Shown: positions 27,897-43,572 of the stretch, one piece after another
Layout of the letters: each line of letters begins with the position of its first letter
How positions within the stretch are numbered: position 1 is the first letter of the stretch
Origin: the human T2T-CHM13v2.0 reference genome, Homo sapiens
Direction: 5' to 3' (one strand)
Length of the DNA stretch: 64,000 bases
Assembly (NCBI RefSeq): GCF_009914755.1
Contig: NC_060927.1
Made by a program: the position numbers and the translations under genes
Notes under the pieces: model-generated
Databases searched by the model: none
The model's input: the letters and a program-made list of their open reading frames with translations, nothing else
Told to the model about the DNA's origin: nothing

Positions 27897-29669
27897 TTTT
27901 TTTGTTTCATTTTGTTTTGTTTTGAATTTTATAGAGTTAAAGTCTGTCTTTTCTCATATTAGTATAGCCATCCCTGCTCTCTTTTGGTTACTATTTGCAT
28001 GGAATAACTTTCTGTCCTTTCAGTCTCTTTGTCTTTGGATTTAAAGTGCATCTCTTACATAACTGCATGTAGTTGGATCATGTGTTTATTCTTTCTGCCA
28101 ATCTCTGTTTTTGGAGAGTTTAATACACATTGGAAGTAATTACTCGTAAAGAGGTACTGATTTCTGTGGTTGTGCTGTTTTCTACATGCCTTATAGCTTT
28201 TTTTTTGTCCCTCATTTCTCCATTAGTCTTCTTTTGTGTTTAGTGGATTCTTTTGGTAGTGAAACATTTGAATCCCTTTACTTTTGAGCATATTTGTGGA
28301 TTGCCTTTTCACTCTGGATAGTGTCCTTTGCATGAATTTTAAATTTTTATGAAGTCTAATTAATTTTTGTTGTTGTTGTTGCTTGTGCTTTTAGTGTCAT
28401 ATTTAAGGAAACTGTTGGCCTAATTGAAGCTCATGAAGACTTACACCTCTGTTTCCTTCTAAAGATTTTATATGTCAAGTTCCTCCACTTAGGTCTTTGA
28501 TCCATTTCGAGTTAATTTTTGTATATGGTGTGAGAGAGGAATTCCAACTTCATTCTTTTGCATGTGGATATCCACTTATCTTAGCACTGTTAAAGAAAAA
28601 TACTCTTTTTTGTTGAATGGTTTTAGCACTTTTGTCAAAAATCAATTGATTATAAATGTATGAGTTTATTTCTGGACTCTCAATTCTGTTCCATTCCCTT
28701 GCCATCTGTATGTTGTGTCTTTATGCCACTACCGCACAGTTTTGGTTACTGTAGCTTTGTAATGAGTTTTGAAATCCAAAAGCATAAGTCCTTCAACTTT
28801 GTTGTTCTTTTTCAAGATTGCTTTGGCTATATGGGGTGCCTTGCATTTTCATAAGTTTTAAGATTAGCTTGTTCATTACATCTTTTTTTTTAAGTGGCAT
28901 GATATTGTTTTGTTAATTCAACAGAAATTTTTGTAGAATACAATATGGAGCAGGTGCTGTTTTATGTGTTGATTACACAAGGTTATATGAAGTTGATAAT
29001 CTAGTAGAAGAAATTATAGATATCATTGCTTTGAAGGATCATATTAACAGAAGGATGGAATGGTAAAACATTCTCACCCAGAAACTGGGAGGTTATCTAG
29101 TGAGTTTTTCCTTTGTTTTCTTTTTAAAAACAATATATTTAAATAAATTAGGTTTACGGTGGAAATAGATTCAGTATTTGAAAATTAGAACACTTGTGTT
29201 TGAGTTCTGGCATAAAATACTCTCTGACTCTTGACAAATTGACACTTTTGAATCTCATTCAGTTTTCTCTTAAGATACAGAAAACGTTTTGCCTACAGAA
29301 TTATAATAGATGATGACATTCATTTAAAATTTCATTATTACTAATTGAAAGTGGAAATAATTACAGTTCTAACTACTATGAAAAGTTGTTTGTAGCCCAA
29401 ATGAAGTTATAAAAAGGTGAAAACATTTTTTGTAATCTCTAATATATAAATGTTAAGTTGTCTAATTCCTCACCCAGTGTTTTTATTTTTAAACCAACTC
29501 TTTTAAAAGGTACATGTTTTTAAAATTTAAAAGATAAGTACTTTGTCATAGCATTATTATTTGTTGATGCCCTATTACTGTTACAAGCTGGTGTTGATAG
29601 ACATTTTTGGATACACTTTTGGATTTGTGTTCTACAGAGATTAAAACATTTTCATCGTGATTGAGTGAT

Positions 29670-29895
29670 TGAGAGTAAAGTCTATAGCATAATTGCCAGG
29701 GTTTGGTTTTCTCTTGGTTTGATTTCCAGCTCTGTCACTGGAGGTTGTTTAAATCCCCACCCTGTGCCTGTTCCATCAACTATAATATGGAAGTAATAAT
29801 TGTACCTTCCTTATATAACTTAAAAATTAATACATGTAAAGGTATAGAATATTGTGAGAACATAGTAAGAAATGAGTACATGTTTGTTATTATTT
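29670..29895 (+). mobile_element. MIR
   Basis: ccagctctgtcact...ctataatatggaagtaataattgtacct; diverged. Confidence 0.55.
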
Positions 29896-31851
29896 ACGAG
29901 CACCAGAGTATATGATTCAGAAAAGTAATTAACACAGATAAAGTAGTACAAGGAGCAGTGTTTATCATATTGCCTCTTACAGGTTTTGTTTTGTTTTGTT
30001 TTTTGTTTTGTTTTGTTTTGTTTCTTTAAGGTTCCCTCCTGTACCTTTGTAGTCAGTCTTCTCCCTACCCCATTTCTGGCAACCACTGGTCTGATTTCTG
30101 TTTCTCTGTCTATATAGCTTTGGGAGTTTCTTTTTTAGAATGCCATATAAATACAGACAGTAGGCGTGACCCTGTATATCCGTCTTCCTTCACTTAGCAT
30201 AATATTTTTGAGAATGTCATCCATGTTGTTGATGTTTTAGTAGTTTGTTACTTTTTATTGCTGAATAGTACTCCATTATATGGATGTACTACAATTTCTT
30301 TTCCAGTTTTTGGCAATGATGAATTAAGTGGCTATAAAATGTTTGCTTGTGGGTCTTTGTTTGGACATATATTATTATTTCACTTAGGTAAATGCATAAG
30401 CACAGATTGGTGGTTTGTGTGATAAGTATAGGTTTAACTTTATAAAAAGCTGCCAAGCAGTTTGCCAAAGTTGCTGTATTCATTTTGCATTCCCTCCACA
30501 AATACATGACAGTAATATTTACTCTACTTTTCCATCAGATGGCATGGTCACATTTTTAAATTTTACCCATTCTTGTAGGTAGGTAGTAGTATCTTATGGC
30601 TTTCGTTTGCTTTTCCCCAATGACTGGTGAGCATCTTTTCACGTATTTATTTGCCATCCCAGTTCTTTGATGAAATGTCTGTTCATATCTTGCCCATGTT
30701 TTGATTAAGTTGTTTTCTTACTCTTGAGGTGTGAGAGTTCTTTGTATATTTTGGAAATAAATACTTTATCAGATGTGTGCTCTACAAACATTTTCTCTAG
30801 TCTCTTCCTAAGAGCAGAAAATTTTGATTTTTATGGAATGTATCAGCTTTTTTTTCAATAGATCTTGCTCTTGGTATCTTCTCTAAGAGATCTTTGCCTA
30901 CCCTAAATCACAAAGATTGTCTCATGTATTTACTTATAGAAATTAAATAGTTTTAGGTTTAACAGTCAGGTCTGTCATCTATTTTAAGTTGATTATGGTC
31001 TGGTGCAATATAAGGGTTGTTGGGTTTGAATGTTAGGTTTTTCCAACATCATGTGTTGAAAAGATTGTTCTTTCTCCACTGAATTATCTGCTTTGGTAAC
31101 CTTGTCAAAATCAATTGAATATATACATATGGGTCTGTTTTGGGACTCTTCTGTTTATCTGTGTCTGTCTATATAACAATACCTTATGTTGTTTTCATTA
31201 GTTTCTAGAAACTCTTGAAATCAGGTAGCATGAGTAATCTAATGTTATTTCTCTTTTTCAGAATTAATTTGGCTTTTCTTAGCTGTTTGCATCATGTAAA
31301 TTTTAGAATCACATTATTAACTTCTTTAACGGAAAAGCCTTCTGGGATGTTGATTGGAAGTGCATTGAATGTATAGGTCAGTTTGGAATAGAATTGTTAT
31401 CTTAATATGTAGTCTTCTGATCTGTGAATATGGTATTTCTTTCCATTTATTTAGATCTTCTTCATTTTTGCTTTAATTTTTCTGGGCGATCAGGTTAGTG
31501 ACTTGATCTATTTTAAGCACCGAAAGCTATAATTTTTCCTTTACGTACTTTAGCTGTACCCCATAAATTTTTTTATTGAAAAATAATTTGCATATTATAA
31601 AATTTATCCTCTTAGGGAATGGAATTCAGTGACTTTTAGTATATTAACCAAGTTGTACCATTACCACTATCCAGTTACAGAACATTTTAACACTCCAAAA
31701 AGAAAGCCTCGCCCATGATCAGTGACTTTCCATTTTCACATCCCCCCAGCCCTTAGCAACCGGTATTGCTTTCTGCCTCTCTGATTTGCCTATTCTGGAA
31801 TTCCATATAAAAGGAATTATATAATATGTTGCCTTTTGTATCTTTTTTTAA

Positions 31852-31960
31852 AATTTTCAAATTAGATGGGTTCTCCTTATATTGCTCAGGCTGGTCTTAA
31901 ACTCCTGGCCTCAAGCTACCCTCCCACCTCAGCCTCCCAAAGTGTGAGCGACCTTACCTG
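31852..31960 (-). mobile_element. FLAM / Alu left monomer inside L1MB-like element
   Basis: caggctggtcttaaactcctggcctcaag..cctcccacctcagcctcccaaagtg. Confidence 0.8.
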
Positions 31961-34900
31961 TTTTACATCTGGCTTCTTTCACTTACAATAGTATTTTCAA
32001 GGTTTGTCTATGTTGAAGTATTTATAAATACTTTATTTTTTTATTGCTGAATAATATTCCAGTGTATGGTTATCACATTGTATTTCTCCATTTTTTCAGT
32101 TGATTAAACATTTGGGTTCTAATTTCTGTCTATGATGAATAACGCTTCTGTGAACATCTGTGTGCATTTTTATTACATTTTAAACATTTATAAACATCTG
32201 TGTACAAATTACTATAAGAATTGCACAGAGTTTTTATGCTCTATTTTAATTTTCTAGCTCAGATATTTTCTAATTTCCCATGTGACTGACAGTGTCACCA
32301 AGGATGCTGAACTTCTATCCTACTCCAAATCTTTTTCATGACTACTTGGTAGGGCTTATGAAAAGAGCTTGTGAATGTAAATTCCTCTTATGTCTGGTTT
32401 CCTTAGCTGTTTTAACACTTGCTTATTTGCCTTGTGACTTTAGCTCTCTGATAAGCCTAAGAAAACTTACTATTTTGTAGATCATCTAGAATTTTTCCCT
32501 TATTGTTGAGGTGAAAATAACATTCTCTTGCAGCTTTCCACATCCCAAGCACAAGTGGAATTCAGTGCATCTCCTAATACTGTGAACCAAAACACAAGAT
32601 GGCCCATGTTTGTAGGCCTAGAGCAATACTACTTTCCAATAGAACTTTCGACTCTGTTTAATAAGATAGTCACTGGCCGCATGTATATGGACTTTTTTTT
32701 TGTGCAGGTACTAGGTGCTTCACTATAATATAGGTAATAGAATTGAGTTTTACCCTTAAAATATTTGTCTCAAATATTTATTTCTTTTAAATCAGTTAGG
32801 AAATGTTAACTTATTCTAGAAACAGAGGACCTCATAATTTGTGAGAATTATGTAAAGTTAATTCCCTAAGCCTAATCCATTAAAAAAATCCTTTTACAAA
32901 AATGTCTCTTTAGTCATCTGGATGCACTACATTTCTGCTAGATTTGCTCAGTATAGAGGAAGAAAGCCATTTGTAAATTCTGTTGGAATACAGTTTTCAT
33001 GCCATGTTTGGGCTACCACTAGATTTTTGCCTTTTATTCCAATGTAGATTTTTCCAGTGTTGTTTTCTAGAAAGTGTTGCACTTTACATTCATGTCTGTG
33101 ATTCATTTTGAGTTATTTTCATGAAAAGTATAAGATCTGTGTCTAGATTGATTTTTTTTTGTATGTGGTTGTCCAGCTGTTACAGCATTATTTGTTAAAA
33201 AAATTATTCTTTTTCTATGTATTGCCTTTTGTCAAAGGTCAGTTTATATTTATGGGGCTCTATTTCTGTGCTCTGTTCTGTTCTGCTGATCTGTTTGTTC
33301 TTTTCCCACACTGTCTTGATTACTGTAGTTGTATGATAAGTCTTGAAGTCAGGTGTAGTATCAGTCTTGTTTCAATATCATGTTAGCTAGTCTCAGTCTT
33401 TTGCCTTTCCATATAAACATTCAAATTGATTTGTTGATGTCCACAAAGTCACTTGCTGAGATAAGGTTTGTTATCTTAACAACATTGTCTTCCTATCATA
33501 AACATGGAATATCTCTCTGTTTATTTACATCTTTGATTTCTTTCATCAGAGTTTGGTAGTTTTCCATATAGGGATTCCACACATATTCTGTTGGTTTTAT
33601 ACTTAAGTAATTCATTTTGTGTGTGTGCTAATACGTACTGGGTGCTAAATGGTATTATGTTTTTAATTTTAAATTTCAGTTCATTACTGGTATATAGGAA
33701 CAAGTTTAACTTTCATGTATTAACCTTGTATCCTCCAGTGTTGTCTGTAATCATTTATTGATTCCAGTAATTTTCTTTCTGATTCTTTGGGGTCTTTTAC
33801 GTAGACAATCATGTCATGCACGAAAAAAAGTCAGCTTCATTTCTTCCTTTTCAGTCTGTGTACTTCTTTTCTTTTCTTGTCTTATTGCATTTGCTAGGAC
33901 TTCCATTACAATGCAAATAGGAGTGATGAGAGAGAACAACTGTATCTTGTCCTGATCTCAGGGGGCATGATTATGAATTTATTTCTGGATTCTGTTCTGT
34001 TCCATTGATCTAGATGTCTATGCCTACCTCATAAACATAGATCTAGTTGTCTGTACTGACCCAATTACTATAACTTCATTGTACATTTTTAAATTGGGAA
34101 GTATTGTAGATTTTTATGTATTGATCATATATTCTGTGACCTTGCTAAATTTGCATGTTAAAATTTACTTTTTAGATTCCTTAGGATTTTCTACATACAA
34201 GATCATGTTATCTTCAGAGACAGAGGGTCTTTGCTACTTTTTTCCCAAACTGTATACCTTTAATTTTTTTTCCTTGCCTGGTTGTACTGACTGGAACCTC
34301 TAACATCACGTTGGACAGGGTACTTTTTCCTGCCCTATTTCCTGAAATAATTCTCGTAGGATTGGTATTACTTCTTCTTTAACTGTTTGTTTGGCAGTAT
34401 TTACCATTGAAGCCATGTGGACCAGGGAAGATTTTTAATATGAATTAAGCTTTTTAATGACATCGTATTATTCAGATTTTCTTTTTTCATGAGTAATTTG
34501 GTAATATGTATCTTTTTAAAAGTTTTTTTATTTTATCTAAATGACCTAATTTGTCGGCAGAAATTGTTCATAATATTTCTTTATAAGTCTTTGGATTTCT
34601 GTACAATCTGTAGTGATGTCACCTTCCTTATTCCTGGTACTGATAATTTGTATCTTCTCTCCTTTCTTCATTAGTCTAGATAAAGCTTATCCAACTTTGG
34701 GTTTCACTGATTTTTTTTTCCTTTATATTTTCAATTGCATTGATTTCTTCGTCTTCATTATTTCCTTCTAATTCACACTTGGTTTACTCTTTTCTAGCTT
34801 CTTAAAGTTGAAGCTTAAGTTATTTTCTCCATTTCTACTTTTCTAGTATAACTATTTATACTAGAATATACTGTATTTACTTCTTTAGCTGTAGTCTCTG

Positions 34901-35121
34901 TGTTTTAATATGTGGTGTTTTCATTGTCATGTGGTTGAATATTCTTCGAATTCATAGTTTCTTTGACTCATGGGTTTTTTCTAAGCATGGTGTTTAATTT
35001 CCAAATATTTGGGGTTTTCTTAGCATACTTTTTTTTGTTGATTTCTAATTCTGTTGTTGAAGACCATACTTTGTATAATTTGTCTTTTTAAGTATATGGA
35101 GACTTGTTTTATGGTCTAGCA

Positions 35122-35329
35122 CAGAAGTCTGTGAAGTATGGCCCATATGTAGGTTACCTGCTTTAGTAAATAAAATTTTACTGGAACACAGCCCTGGCCA
35201 TTCATAAACATATACTGTCTTTGGCTTCTTTTACACCAGAATTACAGAGTTGCATAGTTGTGACAGATCTGGCTCCTAAGTGTAAATATTTACTATCTTG
35301 ACTGTTCAAAACAAGATTGCTGGATCCTG
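35122..35329 (+). mobile_element. MER58A-like hAT-Charlie MITE with 8-bp TSD
   Basis: gtaaataaaattttactggaacacagcc...aaatatttactatct matches MER58A; CAG...CTG termini; TSD GTCTAGCA (35114-35121) / GTCAAGCA (35330-35337). Confidence 0.85.
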
Positions 35330-37602
35330 GTCAAGCATGCTCTCCATCCTGGACAGTGATCCACATATGCTTGAAAAGAACATGTATTCTGCTGTTTGGA
35401 GGTTGCATATTGTAAATTAATGGTCAGGTCAAGTTGGTTGATATTGTCCAAATCTTCTATATGCTCATCGTTTTTCTTTTCAAGTTCTATCTTCAACAAT
35501 ATGGTTGGAGATTTCAATAACTGCCTCTCAGAAACTGTTTCTTCTTTTAGTTCTGTTAGTTCCTGCTTTATATATTTTAAGGATTTGTTTTAGGTCCCTG
35601 TATACTTAAAATTTTTACATTTTCCTGGTATATTGACCCTTTTATTATAGTGAAGTAGTTCTCTTTATCTCTAGGAATGTTGTCTTAAAATCTGCTTTGT
35701 TTGATTGATTTCATATGATTCCTGTTTCCATGGCTTATCTTTTTCTGTCCTTAAAATCAAACTATTTGTATCTCTGGATTTTAAAAGTTTCATTGACTGC
35801 GTATGGTTAGATCTTGCTTTTTTATCCAGACTGACCATCTCTGCCTTTTTATTGGAGTTTTAAGTATTGTTTGATTTGCACCTGCCATTTACTGTCCTCT
35901 TTTGTGTTGAAATGCATTTTTAAGTATACCATTTTAATTCCCCTGATTGTTTAGCCTGTTATTGCTATTTATTTATAGCGCTTGATGCAGAGAACGAATT
36001 ATGCATCTTAATATTACAATCTACTTCTACTTAACATAATTCTGGTAAAATATAGCAGCTTTGCTCCAACACAGCCTTATTTTTTCTCTCCTCTCCTCTG
36101 TGCTGTTATTGTCGTATGTATTATATCTATGTATGTTATCTACCTAACAATACAGATTATATTTATATTCATATAACTTACACTTATTAAATTAAGAAAA
36201 CAATCAAGAGAGTCTTCTATATACTCCATATTTACCATTTCCAGTATTCTTTATTCTGTCCCATGATCTGAGTTTCCATTTTTTATAATTTCCTTTTAGC
36301 CTGAAGGACTTTCTTTAATATTTTTTCTAGAGCAAATCTGCTGTAATGGGATTTTTCAATTTTGCCTTCATTTTTCCCCCAGTTTTTTTAAACTATGGTA
36401 AAATTGACATAACACAAAATTTATGTTTTAATCATTAAGTATATACTTTATTGGCATTAAGTACATTGATTATGCAACCACCATCACCACCATCCATCTC
36501 CAGAGCTCTTTATTTTGCAAAACTGAAACTATACCCATTAAACAATATCTCTCCTTTCCACCTTCCCCTCCGCCCCTGGCACCACCATTCAAATTTTTGT
36601 CTCTATGATTTTGACTAAATACTTCACATAGGTGGAATCATATAGTAGTTGTCTTTTTGTGACTGGCTTCTTTCACTTAGCATAATGTCTTCAAGGTTTA
36701 TCCATGTTGTAGCATGTCAGGATTTTCTTCCTTTTTAAGGTGGAATAATATTCCGTTGTATGTACATGCCATATTTGGCTTATTGATTCATCTGCAGCTG
36801 GACACTTTTATGGTCTAGCTACTTTGAAAGTGGTTATACAAATCTCTCTCCAAGACCTTGCTTTCAATTATTGTGAGTATATACCTTGAAGTGGAATTGT
36901 TGGGTCATATGTCAATTCTATTTTTAAATTTTGGGGAAATGCCAAACTGTTTTCCACAACAGCAGTATCATTTTACATTCCCACCGACACTGCACAAAGG
37001 TTTAATTTTTCCCTGTCCTTGTCAACACATGTTATTTTCTGGTTCTTTTGATAGTAGTCATCCCAATGGGTGTGAGGTGGCATCTTGGAGTTTTATTTGT
37101 AGTTCCCTAATGAGTAGTAATGTTGAGCATATTTTCATGTGCTTATTGCCCATTTGTAAAGGCCTACACCTTCTCCAGGGTATTCACGGTGACTTTCTAA
37201 TTTCCCGTCATATATTTCTTTGTATATGTGGTTGATTTTGAATGTCATAGTCTTTAGTATTTGGTTTCCAAAGTGGGGAAAAGCAGAAAAATGAAGGGGA
37301 AAAAAGTGCCAGCCCTTTAAATCCCCTGTCAGTCACTTCAGCCAGAGGAGGAGGGACTTGCAACATTGGGGCCAAAGTGCAAAGGTGATCACTTCTGTCT
37401 GCTCTTCTATGACAAAAAGCAGCAATCAGTGATCAGAGTGCAGAACCTCAGTACTTGGAGGACAAGCTTCCTCACATCAAATTGATTCTGCCCGTGCAAT
37501 TATTGTCTAGGTGGGGAGCTGATTTCTGTTGCTTCTTCTTTCAGTATCTTCCCAGAATCCTCACCTGCCTTCCTTTTTGAAGGATAGTTATGTAAGAATA
37601 TA

Positions 37603-37649
37603 TTAGGTTGGTGCAAAAGTAATTGCGGTTATTCCCATTACTTTTAATG
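37603..37649 (+). mobile_element. Half Made1 (Hsmar1-derived MITE): left TIR and spacer only
   Basis: TA|ttaggttggtgcaaaagtaattgcggttattcccattacttttaatg. Confidence 0.9.
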
Positions 37650-38551
37650 ATACTTTGCTCTTTCATTGAACACTTGATAATTTTCTCTTTCATTTAACGC
37701 TGTGAGTATGTCATTCCACTGCCTTCTGTCAAAATTTTTTTTTCTGATGCAAAGTCAATCATATCGTTACTTCCTTGTGGGTTTTTTTTTCTTTCTCTTT
37801 TCAACTTTTCCTCTTTGTCTTTATCTGCCAGTACTTTGACTACAGTTTGTCTAGGTGTAGTTCTCTGTATTTATTGTATTTGGTGGCTTCTTGGGTTTCA
37901 TGGATCTGTAGATTAGTGCTTACCTTAGAATTTGGGAAGTTGTAATTGTTTCTTTAAATGTTTTTATCTGTCTGTCTTTGTAGCCTCTCCTTTTTTGAAC
38001 TTTGTTTTTCTCTGTTCTTTGGGTTGGATACTTCCTGTTGACCTATCTTCATGCTCACTGATTCTTCTGCCATCTCAAATTTGCCATTAAGCCTACTTAG
38101 TGAATTTTTTATTCCATTTATTATGCTTTTCAGCTCTAAAATTTCTAGTTCATTCTTATTTCTCACATGTATAGGAGAATATGTATCTCTGTTTCTTTAT
38201 GGAAATTTTGTGTTATATCATTATATTTTTCTTTAATTTTCTTAATATAGTATTCTTTAATTCCTTGAACATATAACAGCTGTTTTAGAGTCTTTGTCCT
38301 CTAACTCCAACATCTGGGCCCACTCAGAAGTAGTTTTTATCAACCATGTCCCCTTCCCCAGCCTATACCTGTCCAAATTTGGGTCACACTTTCTTGTTTC
38401 TTTGCATGTCTTATAGTTTTGGGTTGAAGCTTACCCTTGTTATTTTTAAAAATAGCTTATCCGAACATGCAATTTTCTATTTCAAAGCCTCTGCTACTGG
38501 ACTCCTTAATATGTGTAAATGAAGACCAAATGGTGAGCATGACTTATTGTC

Positions 38552-39763
<1,212 letters not shown>

Positions 39764-41232
39764 CTTACAAAGTCCTAACTTTTCTCCTAAAGTCTTTTCA
39801 GTTCCTTCTGAGTAGCTCAGCTGTTTTCTGTTTTGGCAGGTGTTGTTGTTTTCCCCTTTTCGTTATTGATCCCTCTCTCCTTGTTTATAATTCTTCAGTG
39901 CCTGCTTTGACATTTTGACCATTCTTTTACATAGATTTTGTTACTCTCATTTCTGTTTTCATGCAGTTAGTTTCTGATACCTACCTCTATTATAACACTT
40001 TGTATATAGTACCTTTCATCAATCCTAAAATGTATACTTTCTCCCCAGATTTTGACATCTCTGAAATTAGGATGTATGTTATGAGTGATGGTCATAGTTT
40101 CTATGAAATATGGTATATTGGTTACTTGCTTTTCAGTTTACTTCCTCCTCTAGATTGTGAGCTTTTTGTGGGCTTAAAAATTTTAAATTCCACACCTATA
40201 CTTCTTCCATCTGTGCCTGCTACTGAATCCACTGTGGGTGATTGATTGGATGCCTTGCATCTTTCCTGCCTCATTGCCCTCAAAGTTCTGCCCAAAACCA
40301 CCACCTCAGTAAAGCTTCTGGTAATTTTATCCCAGCCAGAACTGCTTTCCTGCCTTTGGCATTCAGGCTCTATAAGGACCTTTTGGTACTCAGTGTTTAT
40401 ACTCACCGTAGAGTCTCTTTTATATTGTGTTTGACTCAAGTTCTTGCCTTTGTATCTTATCTCCACAGTACAGGACTGAGTTATAGTTTGTGTCCAACAT
40501 AGCCTAGCAAAGTTTTCTGTGTATTAGTAAATACTGAAAAATATGTTTCATTTACTTTTCTCTTTCAGCCAATTGGATTGAGTCTGGGGAAGTTCCAAGA
40601 TATGAACTGTAGTTAGTGGTTGTAAAATATACCTTGGTTTTATTGTAATAGATTATAGCAGTCTGGGTTCAGTTAGGAGAGAGAAAGAAGTATTAATTAT
40701 GATAAAAGAGTAACTAAAATAGAAGGAAACTCTATATGGTATCCTGAGGCTGAGGGAGAGTACCCAGGAAAGGGCAAACTTGGAAGGTTTTCACACCTCA
40801 TTGCGTAGGGTGTGGTTCAGCCCATTGAACTGGTTTGGCACTGCTGAACAAGCAAAAGACCTCTCTGGAGTGTAGACACCTAAGGAGAAGGGGTAGGAGG
40901 TGGCCATGGTGACCTGTGGCATGGTGTGTGGATATCAGTGAGGGCAAGAGACTTTGCAGAAAATGAGAAAAATGTAATTTGTTATTTAAAAGATGATTCT
41001 TTTTACTGAAAACTACATAACAGAGAATGAGAGCTATTCTTAAAATGTCTCAGTGTGCTGCTCAGTGTTATAAATGCATATATGAAGTATGTCTGCATAT
41101 CTGAATAACCACAGTATTTTTTAGAATAACCTTGACTTTTTGTAGCCTGTGGTTACCAAACATTTAACTTTTAAAAATTCCGCAAGAACATTTGTAAACA
41201 TTTTTATTATATCAGTTGCTTTTGTTTTTTAG

Positions 41233-41298
41233 GTAAAATCTGTAAAAACTGGGTCAGTTTTTTGGACAATGTGCTGCTGCTTATCCTATTTCTATATG
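41233..41298 (+). CDS. STT3B: STT3B coding exon (probable exon 4, 66 nt): VKSVKTGSVFWTMCCCLSYFYM
   Basis: Acceptor tttgttttttAG|GTA; donor ATG|GTAAGA; phase 0-0, continues the frame of the previous exon. Confidence 0.95.
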
Positions 41299-41582
41299 GT
41301 AAGATTTCATATTTGAGACTACATGAAGTCTAGTAGGTCTCTGGAGGTTAAAACAGTTCTTTTCTCCTGAAGTCTGTAGGATTTTTATTTTGTTTAATGT
41401 AATCTTTCATTACTACCATCCTCTTTCCTTCTCCTACTCACAGGTCCTGTATACACCTGCTTTGGTGGAGAGGGCTAACATTTAACCCCTCAAATATTTG
41501 CAGCAAGTAAAACAAAATGTTTTCAAGTGTACCACTTCAAAATACTTAAATGTTTTATTAAGAATTTTTTTTAATTTTTTAA

Positions 41583-41892
<310 letters not shown>

Positions 41893-41897
41893 TGTCA

Positions 41898-42203
<306 letters not shown>

Positions 42204-42251
42204 TAATGACTTAAATTTAAATATTATTTTTCTATTCTTCCTAGCTTTATT

Positions 42252-42571
42252 CATTTTATTTCATTATTATTATTATTTTTTTTTTTTTTGAGACAGAGTC
42301 TGGCTCTGTTGCCTAGGCTGGAGTGCAGTGGTACGATCTCGGCTCACGGCAACCTCGGCCTCCTGGGTTCAAGCTATTCTCGCGCCTCAGCCTCCCAAGT
42401 GGCTGAGATTGCAGATGTGTGCCACTATGCCCGGCTAATTTTTGTATTTTTAGTAGAGACAGGGTTTTACCATGTTGATCAGACTGGTCTCAAACTCCTG
42501 ACCTCAAGTGATCTGCCTGTCTCAGCCTCCCAAAGTGCTGGGATTACAGGTGTGAGCCACGGCACCTGGCC
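42252..42571 (-). mobile_element. AluS (Sz/Sx-like) with 12-bp TSD
   Basis: TSD CCTAGCTTTATT at 42240-42251 and 42572-42583. Confidence 0.92.
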
Positions 42572-43185
42572 CCTAGCTTTATTTTTTAAATAGCTCTGAC
42601 AAGTAAAATATTTTCCAAGTTAGATTGCATACTCAAAAAGAACAGGAAATTTTGCCTGTCATATATCAAGCATGGAACCATGTTTAGATGAAATAAGTTT
42701 TTACTTAACACTCAATTTTAAATATGGTATTAAAAATTAGTTTTTCGTATTGGAGTTGACTAGATAACTGCTTAATGTTAAAATCTGAGTTTTTAAACAG
42801 TCATTATCTAAACAGTTTAGTGAAGTGAACTTAGAACAGAGAAATAAGAGTACTTGGAAGTTTTGGTGAAAAAGATAACCCAAGTAAAGAGTTAACTAAA
42901 AAGAGAGACGGATTGAGAAAAAGCTGTAGAAAGACTGTTCTTCTGGCCCATTTGCTTTCATTTCACTCCTTAAAGTAAATGAAGGAAAACTCTTAAAATG
43001 AATTTATGTGGGTCCGAGAAGAAATAAATCCCTGTAGTTAAAGATCATGCATAAGATCAGCAAGTACTTTTCAGAACATCAGATTCACTGTCAGACTGGT
43101 TTCAGCTTTTCTTTGTTCTTAAGTGAAGAGAGTAGATAAGGTAGCATATTGATATTATGCTCAATTTTCAACCTTAATGTAGTAG

Positions 43186-43572
<387 letters not shown>

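Larger units (their letters stand above)
25950..38430 (-). mobile_element. Patchwork of nested, decayed antisense L1M/L1MB/L1MC/L1ME fragments filling most of intron 3 (with Alu, MIR and DNA-transposon insertions and some unique gaps)
   Basis: Recurring L1 antisense text. ORF2 remnants (30289..30507, 33521..33703, 35293..35517) and an ORF1 remnant (37954..38166 NELEILELKSIINGIKNSLSRLNGKFEMAEE). L1MB-like 3' ends at about 31570 and 36385. Internal boundaries not resolved. Confidence 0.75.

Noticed and set aside
37603-37680. Possible miR-548 precursor
   Set aside because: The second Made1 arm is absent, so no hairpin can form.
40655-40960. Purine-rich segment resembling an ancient LTR
   Set aside because: I could not assign a family or termini by eye.
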